From positions 1 to 57,958 of the forward strand of contig JBJEEB010000006.1 of NCBI GenBank assembly GCA_051872655.1: a DNA stretch of 57,958 nucleotides, read 5' to 3'. This document shows positions 20,679 through 29,000 of the stretch, one piece after another (position 1 is the first letter of the stretch; each line of letters starts with the position of its first letter). The position numbers and the translations under genes were made by a program. The notes beneath the pieces are model-generated. The model ran no database searches and had not been told where the DNA came from. It was given only the letters and a program-made list of their open reading frames with translations. The stretch comes from Bacilli bacterium. Its GTDB lineage: Bacteria > Bacillota_I > Bacilli_A > RF39 > UBA660.

Positions 20679-21164
20679 ATGAGAAAATTTGAGAGAATAA
20701 GTGAGAAAGAGTTTTTAAAAGATGTTTCAAATGCTAATTATGAAGATATATTATTACCTAAGAGAAGTACTAAAAATAGTGCTGGATATGATTTTTATTC
20801 TTTGTATGATATTACTATTAAACCTAATGAAATAGTAAAAATTCCTACTGGTATTAAAGTATGTATGAATGAAAATGAATTTCTAGGAATATTTATTCGT
20901 AGTAGTTTGGGATTTAAGTATAATATTCGGATGTGTAATCAAGTTGGTATAATAGATGCTGATTATTATAATAATAAAGATAATGAGGGTCATATTTTTG
21001 TATGTTTACAAAATGAGGGTGATAAAGATTTTGTAATTAATAAAGGTGATAGATTTGTTCAAGGTATATTTATGCCATTTTTAATAACTGATGATGATAG
21101 TACTACTAGTAAAAGAATTGGTGGTATTGGTAGTACAAATAAAGGAGAAGATAATAATGAATAA
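20679..21164 (+). CDS. dut: Trimeric dUTPase
   Basis: SAGYD, RSS, GIIDADY, QGIF, RIGGIGST motifs. Confidence 0.93.
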   Translation: MRKFERISEKEFLKDVSNANYEDILLPKRSTKNSAGYDFYSLYDITIKPNEIVKIPTGIKVCMNENEFLGIFIRSSLGFKYNIRMCNQVGIIDADYYNNKDNEGHIFVCLQNEGDKDFVINKGDRFVQGIFMPFLITDDDSTTSKRIGGIGSTNKGEDNNE

Positions 21165-22695
21165 TGATAAGAAATTTTATATTAGTACGGCAATCGCTTA
21201 CACTAGTTCAAAGCCACATATTGGTAATACTTATGAGATAGTACTAGCGGATGCTATTGCTAGGTATAAGAGATTAGAGGGGTATGATGTTTATTTTCAG
21301 ACTGGTACTGATGAACATGGTCAGAAGATAGAAGATAAGGCTAGAGAAGCTGGAGTTAGTCCACAGGAATATGTTGATAAAATAGCAGGAGAAATTAAGT
21401 CTATTTGGGATTTAATGGATACTAGTTACGATAGATTTGTTAGAACTACTGATAAGGAACATGAAGAAAAAGTGCAAAAAATATTTAAGAAGTTATATGA
21501 TCAAGGAGATATTTATAAAAGTGAGTATAAAGGACTATATTGTACACCATGTGAGTCATTTTGGACGGAGAGTCAGCTTGTAGATGGTAAATGTCCTGAC
21601 TGTGGTAGAGACGTTAATGAAGCAACTGAAGAAGCATATTTCCTTAGAACTAGTAAGTATTCTAAGTGGCTTGAAGACTATATTGAAAGTCATCCTAATT
21701 TTATTGAACCTGAATCAAGAAAGAATGAAATTATGAATAACTTTATTAAACCTGGTCTTCAGGATTTATGTGTATCTAGAACGTCGTTTAAGTGGGGGGT
21801 TCCAGTATCTTTTGATGATAAACATGTTATTTATGTATGGATAGATGCACTATCTAACTATATTACTTTTTTGGGGTATGATGTAGATGGTAATTACACT
21901 CCTGAATTCGAGAAGTATTGGCCTTGTAATGTGCATTTAATTGGTAAGGATATTCTTAGATTTCATACGATATACTGGCCAATTATGCTTCATCTACTTG
22001 ATTTACCTCTACCAGAGAAAATATTTGGACATCCATGGCTTTTATTTGGTAGTGATAAAATGAGCAAGAGTAAGGGAAATATTGTTTATGCTGATGATTT
22101 GGTTAATGAGTTTGGTGTCGATGCTGTTAGATTCTATATGTTACATGAGATTCCTTTTGCTTCAGATGGTAATTTTACTAGAGAACTGCTAATCGATTCT
22201 ATTAATGGTAATTTGGCTAATGTATTAGGTAATTTAGTTAATAGGACAATTGGTATGGCTAATAAGTATTTTGATGGTATTATTGAAAATAAGAATGTTA
22301 GTGAAGAAATTGATACTGAGTTTAAAGATTATATTATTAGTAGAAAGGCTGTCATTGATGAGAAGATGAATGATCTTAGGGTGGCTGATGCTTTAGAAGA
22401 AGTTATTAATATTTATAGAAGATGTAATAAATATATTGATGAAACTACTCCTTGGGTACTTGCAAAAGATGATAGTAAGAGAGATAGACTTGCAACAGTA
22501 ATTTATAATTTGGTAGAGGGAATTAGAATTGGTACGGTATTAGTTAGAGCATTTATGCCTTCAACTAGTGAGAAAATTTTCTATCAGATTAATACTGAGT
22601 TAAAAGATTTTGATAGTATCAAGAACTTTGGCGGATACGTTAGTGGTACTAAAGTTAATACTCCTGAAGTATTATTTCAAAGAATTGAGAACTAG
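21157..22695 (+). CDS. metG: Methionyl-tRNA synthetase (short form, no C-terminal tRNA-binding domain)
   Basis: PHIGN, GTDEHG, zinc knuckle, KMSKS; ATG 21157 after AGGAG overlaps the dut stop. Confidence 0.96.
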   Translation: MNNDKKFYISTAIAYTSSKPHIGNTYEIVLADAIARYKRLEGYDVYFQTGTDEHGQKIEDKAREAGVSPQEYVDKIAGEIKSIWDLMDTSYDRFVRTTDKEHEEKVQKIFKKLYDQGDIYKSEYKGLYCTPCESFWTESQLVDGKCPDCGRDVNEATEEAYFLRTSKYSKWLEDYIESHPNFIEPESRKNEIMNNFIKPGLQDLCVSRTSFKWGVPVSFDDKHVIYVWIDALSNYITFLGYDVDGNYTPEFEKYWPCNVHLIGKDILRFHTIYWPIMLHLLDLPLPEKIFGHPWLLFGSDKMSKSKGNIVYADDLVNEFGVDAVRFYMLHEIPFASDGNFTRELLIDSINGNLANVLGNLVNRTIGMANKYFDGIIENKNVSEEIDTEFKDYIISRKAVIDEKMNDLRVADALEEVINIYRRCNKYIDETTPWVLAKDDSKRDRLATVIYNLVEGIRIGTVLVRAFMPSTSEKIFYQINTELKDFDSIKNFGGYVSGTKVNTPEVLFQRIEN

Positions 22696-22713
22696 TAATT
22701 GGTTCTCTTTTTT
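22688..22713 (+). terminator. metG terminator
   Basis: GAGAACTAG-taa-TTGGTTCTC followed by a T-run. Confidence 0.7.
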
Positions 22714-22838
22714 GTATTGACAAATATAGATTATTTATAATATAATAATTTTCGATTTAGATGTTTTATATCTGCACTTTGGTCGTATAGATTTATGGCT
22801 ATATAGATTAATTAGTTTTATAGCGCGGAGGTATAAAT

Positions 22839-23213
22839 ATGAATAATAAAATTATGAAATATCTAAATCAAAATAAATCTTGTAGTTTTAGTAAACTTCT
22901 TTTTTCGTTTATCGATAAGAGAGGAATTACTGATTCAGAGGTTTATAAAAAAGCTTGTATAGATAGGAGATTATTTTCTAAAATTAGGTGTAATGAAAAT
23001 TACATACCTAAAAAAGATAATATAATTAAATTGTGTTTATCTTTATCTTTAAATAAAGAAGAGATAAATGTATTATTAAATAGTGCTGGGTATTCACTTA
23101 GTATGAATAATGATGTCGATTTGATTATATCTTTCTGTATAGAAAATAATATTTATGACATTAATGTTGTAAATGATTATCTATATACTTTTACTAACAC
23201 TGTCTTAAATTGA
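22839..23213 (+). CDS. XRE-like HTH protein
   Basis: FSKLLFSFID, VYKKACIDRRLFSKIR, LLNSAGYSLS, DLIISFCIEN; own TTGACA/TATAAT promoter and GGAGG RBS. Confidence 0.72.
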   Translation: MNNKIMKYLNQNKSCSFSKLLFSFIDKRGITDSEVYKKACIDRRLFSKIRCNENYIPKKDNIIKLCLSLSLNKEEINVLLNSAGYSLSMNNDVDLIISFCIENNIYDINVVNDYLYTFTNTVLN

Positions 23214-23225
23214 TGGTGTTTTTTT

Positions 23226-23242
23226 GTCACTTTTAAAGAGAC
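23226..23242. promoter_or_regulatory. Candidate operator upstream of the coiled-coil gene
   Basis: GTCAC-N7-GAGAC near-palindrome abutting the -35 position of a TATACT -10 box (23264-23269). Confidence 0.45.
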
Positions 23243-23304
23243 CAATTTATTCTACTTTTTAGGTATACTTTTAAGTGTGAAAGGAAATATTGGAGGTGTT
23301 ATAT

Positions 23305-23811
23305 ATGAAAATTAATATTTCAGGATTAATGAATATGATAGCGGAGGATGAAAGAAAATGTAGTTCTTTATCTAATTCTTTGAGAACGAAAGTTTATAGT
23401 GTTTCTATTCAAGAGTTAAATGGTACTGTAAATGTTATTGAAGACTATAAAGATGAATTTGACAAAGAGTTAGAAGAATACAGAAAGATTATGTCTAGAA
23501 TATCTAAACTTAAATCTATTTTGTATGAGAAGAATAATAGCTTTAAATTATCTGATGGTAGAACTATACAGACCGCTATTAACGATAATTCTAATTTGAG
23601 AAAGATGAAATTAACTTATGATAATATGTTAAGTTTCAGAAATATTAAAAGAAGGGTTACTGAAGTAAATAATTCTTATTTTGAATGTAAAACTGTTAAT
23701 TTTGATATTGATGAAATTAAGAATGAGTTAATAGTAATTGAATCTAAAATTCAGAATACTGACTTTGAAATATCTAAACTTAATTCTATTGAATTTGAAA
23801 TAGATATTTAA
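23305..23811 (+). CDS. Coiled-coil protein, DIP1984/DUF6847-like
   Basis: Helical; pattern KLKSILYEKN..DGRTIQTAI..FDIDEIK..IQNTDFEISKLN resembles the family; GGAGG RBS. Confidence 0.6.
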   Translation: MKINISGLMNMIAEDERKCSSLSNSLRTKVYSVSIQELNGTVNVIEDYKDEFDKELEEYRKIMSRISKLKSILYEKNNSFKLSDGRTIQTAINDNSNLRKMKLTYDNMLSFRNIKRRVTEVNNSYFECKTVNFDIDEIKNELIVIESKIQNTDFEISKLNSIEFEIDI

Positions 23812-23815
23812 AAAT

Positions 23816-24075
23816 ATTGGTCTTACTAAGTTATTTTGTAAGTTAAATGATGGTAACTGCTATCAGCCAATTGCTTTCTCTTATACTTGATATATTTATG
23901 AATGTTGATAGATTTGTGTTATGATTTATTACTTATTAGTTACTTTATTGTATCAATTTTTTTATTAGTTATAGTTTATTATTAAATTATATTATGGATA
24001 AGTGATTTAATTTTAAGTATAGGGAAAGTATGGAGAAGATATATCATATTTATGTATGATGTATCTTCTTTACTT
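23816..24075 (+). ncRNA. Candidate structured RNA / 3' UTR element
   Basis: Junction ATTGGT/GCCAAT enclosing two hairpins; long stem 23872-23890 with 24013-24030; TTATNNN repeats; terminal terminator hairpin. Confidence 0.5.
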
Positions 24076-24185
24076 TATTTATAAATTGTAAAGCATGCGT
24101 AAAATGTCTAAAAATAATATTTACTAATTTACTAAATTATGTTATATTTCTATTGTAGTACCTGCAGTGGAAAAGGAGAAAGAGC

Positions 24186-24353
24186 ATGCTTAGTACTAAG
24201 AGATGGAACTTTATGTTTAAGATATCATGTGGTATTTTAGCAGGTGTTTTGGTTTTCTTAATTTTTGTAGGTAGTAATTTTTTTGATTTATTATATCTTG
24301 GTATAATAATTATGTTTATTTTTAAATATTTAGTTGATAAAAAGTTAAAATAA
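24186..24353 (+). CDS. Small 55-aa membrane protein (absent from the ORF track)
   Basis: AAGGAG RBS; MLSTKRWNFMFKISCGILAGVLVFLIFVGSNFFDLLYLGIIIMFIFKYLVDKKLK; promoter TTTACT-N17-TATATT with TG extension at 24120-24148. Confidence 0.7.
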   Translation: MLSTKRWNFMFKISCGILAGVLVFLIFVGSNFFDLLYLGIIIMFIFKYLVDKKLK

Positions 24354-24399
24354 TTGTATCATATTAATGGTATGATTTTTTTATTAGGAGGTATATTTT

Positions 24400-25155
24400 A
24401 TGTATATAGATACACATTGTCATGTATTAAATGATTATTATGATGATATAGATGAAATTATTAATAAGTGTAAAAATAATGATGTTAATAAAATTATAGT
24501 AAGTGGTTGTGATATAGAAACTAATAAAGAGGTATTAGAACTTGTTAATAAATATGATATTATTTATGGTACTATTGGTTTTCATCCTACTGAACTTAAT
24601 GATTTTAAAGAAGAATATTTTGATTTTTTAGAAAAAAATATTATGAATAAAAAGATAGTTGGTATAGGAGAAATTGGACTTGACTATCATTATGAAGATA
24701 CAGATAAAAATGAACAAATTAATGTATTTACTAGACAATTAGAAATAGCAGAAAAATATGATAAACCTATTGTAGTTCATAGTAGAGATTCTATTCAAGA
24801 TACATATAATATATTAGGTAATTATAAATTAAAGGGAAGTATTCATTGTTTTAGTGGATCTGTAGAAATGGCTAAATTATTTACTAAACTTGGATATAAA
24901 TTGGGAGTAGGAGGTATAATTACTTATAAAAATGCTAAAAATATTAAAGAGGTAGTAAAAAATATTGATTTATCATATATTTTACTAGAGACTGATAGTC
25001 CTTATCTTAGTCCTGAACCTTATAGAGGTACTAAGAATGATCCTTCAAATATTCCTTTTATAGCTGGGGCTATTGCTGATATAAAAAATGTATCAAAAAT
25101 AGATGTTGCAAGGATTACTACTGATAATGCTATAGCAGAATTTGACTTTTTATAA
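24400..25155 (+). CDS. tatD: TatD family DNase
   Basis: DTHCH, GEIGLDY, HCFSG, LETDSPY. Confidence 0.95.
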   Translation: MYIDTHCHVLNDYYDDIDEIINKCKNNDVNKIIVSGCDIETNKEVLELVNKYDIIYGTIGFHPTELNDFKEEYFDFLEKNIMNKKIVGIGEIGLDYHYEDTDKNEQINVFTRQLEIAEKYDKPIVVHSRDSIQDTYNILGNYKLKGSIHCFSGSVEMAKLFTKLGYKLGVGGIITYKNAKNIKEVVKNIDLSYILLETDSPYLSPEPYRGTKNDPSNIPFIAGAIADIKNVSKIDVARITTDNAIAEFDFL

Positions 25156-25206
25156 AAAAGATGTTACAATTAATATGCTTAAAATATTAATGAGGTGAGA
25201 CATAAT

Positions 25207-25926
25207 ATGAAAAAGATAGCTGCGAAAATAATAACTATTTCTTCACAGTTATTGGTAGCTAGTGTATTTTTATTCTTATTATTTTCTGGTGAGAATACTA
25301 ATAATAAAAGTGTGGTAGTAGATAATAATAATTTTAATAAAATGGCAGATAAGACTTTATTTCTTTTTAAGAGTTTAGATGAAACTAAAAAAGAAGAAGA
25401 TTCTAATGTTATAGTAGAACTTAATTCTGCTGATGAGAAGGAAGAATTAAGTGAAAAAGTTAAAGATGAAGATAATGACCTATCATTAACAAATAAAGAA
25501 GAGGTAAAGGAAGAAACTCCTAAAAAAGAGGAAAGTAATAGTACACCATTAACTCCTGATTTTAGTGATAGAGTAGCCATTGAAACATTTACTGGTAATT
25601 TAACAGGATATGGTCCAGATTGTGTTGGTTGCGGAGGAAAAACTAGTACTGGTTATGATTTAACACAAAATATATATTATGAAGATAGTGAATTTGGACG
25701 TGTTAGAATAGTAGCTGCTGATAAGTATTTTCCGTTTTATTCTATAATTAGAATAAGTGATGTTCCTGGTATGGATAGTTTTCTTGCTATTGTGCTTGAT
25801 AGAGGTGGTAATGTTGGATTTGATAAAGGTACTTTATTTGATTTAGCATTTTCTACTGAAAAAGATCCTAATATTTTAGGTTTAACTAGAAATGTAAAGT
25901 TTGAAGTTTTAAGAAGTGGTAATTAG
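25207..25926 (+). CDS. Membrane-anchored 3D-domain-like cell-wall protein (YabE position)
   Basis: N-terminal TM helix, acidic linker, TGYGPDC..VAAD..LDRGG..LFDL; follows tatD. Confidence 0.65.
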   Translation: MKKIAAKIITISSQLLVASVFLFLLFSGENTNNKSVVVDNNNFNKMADKTLFLFKSLDETKKEEDSNVIVELNSADEKEELSEKVKDEDNDLSLTNKEEVKEETPKKEESNSTPLTPDFSDRVAIETFTGNLTGYGPDCVGCGGKTSTGYDLTQNIYYEDSEFGRVRIVAADKYFPFYSIIRISDVPGMDSFLAIVLDRGGNVGFDKGTLFDLAFSTEKDPNILGLTRNVKFEVLRSGN

Positions 25927-25982
25927 CACTTCTTTTTTTCGACACTATTTTCTTTTTATATATCATATAATTAAATTGAGGT

Positions 25983-26915
25983 ATGGATATGAAGAAAATA
26001 ATAATATTTACTGCATTAATTTTATTTATTCCATTTATTATAGTTAATTTTTTTAATGTTGATAAAAAAGAAGAAATAAAATTAAAGTATGAGTCTAATA
26101 TTATTATTAGGGTTAAAAGATTAAGTAGTAACGAAATTGAGTATTTACCATTAGAAGAATATATAGTTGGTGTATTAGCAGGTGAAATGCCTATTTATTT
26201 TGAAAAAGAAGCTTTTAAAGCACAGGCTGTAGCTGCGAGAAGTTATGCTTTAAAGAAAATTGAGTATAATAAAGATAATGAATATGATGTAGTAGATTCT
26301 GTACTTAATCAGGTATATTTAGATAATTATTATCTTAAAGAGGCTTGGCAAGATAAATATTTAGATAATATTAATAAACTTAGAGAAATTGTTAATGAAA
26401 CTTCTTTGGAGTATTTGGATTATAATGGAGAAGTAGTAGATGCTTTGTTTTTTTCTACGAGTAATGGTTATACTGAGAATGCTTCTTTAGTATTTAATAT
26501 TGATTTGCCTTATTTGCAAAGTGTTTCTTCAATGTGGGATAGTTCTACGAGTAGTGCTTTTAGAAGTACTAAAAAAATTTCTATAGATGAATTTTATTCT
26601 TCATTGAATCTTGAATATTCTAATACTTTGGATTTTAAGGTATTAAGAAGAAGTAGTACTAATAGAATTTTGAATCTTAGTATTAATGGTATAGAGTTTA
26701 CTGGTAAAGAAGTGTATGATAAATTAGGTTTAAAGTCTATGGATTTTTCTTTAAAACAAGATGGTAATAATATAATTATTGATACTATAGGATATGGTCA
26801 TGGTGTTGGTATGAGTCAATATGGAGCAGAAGGAATGGCACTTGAAGGTTATTCATATAAAGATATTCTTTCTCATTATTATGTTGGAACTTCTATTAAA
26901 AAAATTGAAAATTAG
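25983..26915 (+). CDS. spoIID: Stage II sporulation protein D
   Basis: EEYIVGVLAGEMP, KAQAVAARSY, GYGHGVGMSQYGA; SigE-like CATATAAT at 25964. Confidence 0.95.
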   Translation: MDMKKIIIFTALILFIPFIIVNFFNVDKKEEIKLKYESNIIIRVKRLSSNEIEYLPLEEYIVGVLAGEMPIYFEKEAFKAQAVAARSYALKKIEYNKDNEYDVVDSVLNQVYLDNYYLKEAWQDKYLDNINKLREIVNETSLEYLDYNGEVVDALFFSTSNGYTENASLVFNIDLPYLQSVSSMWDSSTSSAFRSTKKISIDEFYSSLNLEYSNTLDFKVLRRSSTNRILNLSINGIEFTGKEVYDKLGLKSMDFSLKQDGNNIIIDTIGYGHGVGMSQYGAEGMALEGYSYKDILSHYYVGTSIKKIEN

Positions 26916-26962
26916 TGTATATATTTTTTAAATTAGGAAACAATTATAGTAGAGGTGAAAAT

Positions 26963-27604
26963 ATGAAAATGAAGAGAATTAAACCATTAGTAATACCTAT
27001 GATTTATGGTGTATGTGTTATTGCATTTTTATTTTGTATGTATTTTGCTGGTAAACTATCTAATAATTTTTTATTTAAGGATAAGAACGTTACTAATTAT
27101 GTAGATGGTGAAATTGTATCTGAGTATGATAATGACATACCTGTAGTTAGTACTAGTTCTATTATTGTAAGACCTTATTTAGATAGTAATGTATCTATTT
27201 ATAAGACATTTTATGATTATCAAGATGAAATAAATAATCAGGAAAACTCAATTATTCTTTATGAGGGAACTTATATGCAAAATTCTGGTGTAGATTATAC
27301 TAGTGATAATTCATTTGATGTAATTAGTATTCTTGATGGTACTGTGATTAATGTTTATGAAAATGAAATTCTTGGTACTTCTATTGAAATACGTCATAAT
27401 AATGATCTTATTAGTGTATATCAAAGTTTATCTGATGTTACTGTAAAAGAAGGAGATAATGTTATTCAAGGTCAAATACTTGCTAAAAGTGGTTTATCTA
27501 ATATTAATAGGGAATTAAATAATCATTTGCACTTTGAATTATATTATAAAGGAACTATAGTAAATCCAGAAGAATATTATAATAAATCTGTTGATGAATT
27601 ATAG
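26963..27604 (+). CDS. spoIIQ: SpoIIQ-like M23 protein
   Basis: TM helix, NSGVDY, HLHFE; between spoIID and spoIIID; SigF-like GTATA-N14-GGAAACAAT at 26917-26944. Confidence 0.82.
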   Translation: MKMKRIKPLVIPMIYGVCVIAFLFCMYFAGKLSNNFLFKDKNVTNYVDGEIVSEYDNDIPVVSTSSIIVRPYLDSNVSIYKTFYDYQDEINNQENSIILYEGTYMQNSGVDYTSDNSFDVISILDGTVINVYENEILGTSIEIRHNNDLISVYQSLSDVTVKEGDNVIQGQILAKSGLSNINRELNNHLHFELYYKGTIVNPEEYYNKSVDEL

Positions 27605-27666
27605 GCATTAATGCCCTTTTTTTACATAATATATTTATTTATAAATATAATTTTATAGGTGAATAT

Positions 27667-27921
27667 ATGAATAAAAAAATTTTGGATAGGGTTATTGAAG
27701 AGGCTAATTATATTTTTAATACTAAAAAGACTATAAGAGAGACTTCTTATGTATTTGGAGTGTCTAAGAGTACTGTACATAAAGATATTAGGGAAAGATT
27801 AGTTTTACTTGACAAGAATTTATACGAAAAAGTGTCAAGTATTTTGGAATATCATACTTATATTAAGCATATTAGGGGAGGACAAGCTACTAAAAGGAAG
27901 TTTTTGAATAAAAATATATAA
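27667..27921 (+). CDS. spoIIID: Sporulation transcription factor SpoIIID
   Basis: FGVSKSTVHKD..ERL, HIRGGQATK. Confidence 0.93.
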   Translation: MNKKILDRVIEEANYIFNTKKTIRETSYVFGVSKSTVHKDIRERLVLLDKNLYEKVSSILEYHTYIKHIRGGQATKRKFLNKNI

Positions 27922-27978
27922 TCTTCCCTATTAAAAAATGTTAAATTGTGGTAAAATGTAAATAAGGATGGTGATTTT

Positions 27979-28971
27979 ATGTTTAATAAAGATATTGGAA
28001 TTGACTTAGGAACTGCTAATGTACTTATATATATTAAGGGACAAGGTATTGTATTAAATGAGCCATCTGTTGTTGCAATAGACGCTGATACTAAGAGACC
28101 TTTGGCAGTTGGTACTGAGGCGCATGAAATGCTTGGAAGAACTCCTGGTAAGGTAAAGGCAATAAAACCTATGAAAGATGGTGTAATTGCTGATTATGAT
28201 ACTACTGAAGTAATGCTTAATTATTTTATAAAAAAGGTTAATGGAAAAAGTTTTTTTTCTAGGCCTAGAATATTAATTTGTTGTCCATCTAATATTACTC
28301 AGGTTGAAAAAAATGCTATTAAAGAAGCTGCTGAAAGGACAGGGGCTAAAAAAGTCTTTTTAGAGGAAGAACCTAAAGTTGCCGCTATTGGAGCTGGAAT
28401 GGATATATCTAAACCAAGTGGCAATATGGTAATTGATATTGGTGGTGGAACTACTGATATTGCTATTTTATCTTTAGGTGGTATTGTTAATAGTTCTTCA
28501 ATTAGAATTGCTGGAAATGCTTTTGATAATGATATTGTTAAATACATTAAAGATAAATATAAATTATTAGTTGGAGAGAGAACCGCAGAAGATATTAAGA
28601 TATCTATTGGTACTGTTTTTCCTGGATCTAGAAATGAGAAAATGGAAGTAAGAGGAAGAGACTTGGTTACTGGACTTCCACATACTATTACTCTAACTAG
28701 TGATGAGGTAGAGGAAGCATTAAGAGAGAGTGTATATACTATTATACATGCTGTTAAAGGTATTTTAGAACAAACTCCTCCAGAATTATCTGCAGATATT
28801 ATTGATAAAGGAATTGTTCTTACTGGTGGTGGAGCACTTGTCGATGGATTTTCTCAAATACTTAGTCAAGAATTAAAAGTTCCTGTATTTACTGCAGAAT
28901 CTCCACTTACTTGTGTAGCTGAAGGTACAGGAGTACTTTTAGATAATTTATATATGTTAGAGAGGCAATAA
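27979..28971 (+). CDS. mbl: MreB-family actin homologue (Mbl by synteny)
   Basis: IGIDLGTAN, DIGGGTTD, LTGGGAL; follows spoIIID. Confidence 0.88.
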   Translation: MFNKDIGIDLGTANVLIYIKGQGIVLNEPSVVAIDADTKRPLAVGTEAHEMLGRTPGKVKAIKPMKDGVIADYDTTEVMLNYFIKKVNGKSFFSRPRILICCPSNITQVEKNAIKEAAERTGAKKVFLEEEPKVAAIGAGMDISKPSGNMVIDIGGGTTDIAILSLGGIVNSSSIRIAGNAFDNDIVKYIKDKYKLLVGERTAEDIKISIGTVFPGSRNEKMEVRGRDLVTGLPHTITLTSDEVEEALRESVYTIIHAVKGILEQTPPELSADIIDKGIVLTGGGALVDGFSQILSQELKVPVFTAESPLTCVAEGTGVLLDNLYMLERQ

Positions 28972-29000
28972 TAATTAAACTAAAGTTTTATGGAGTAACT

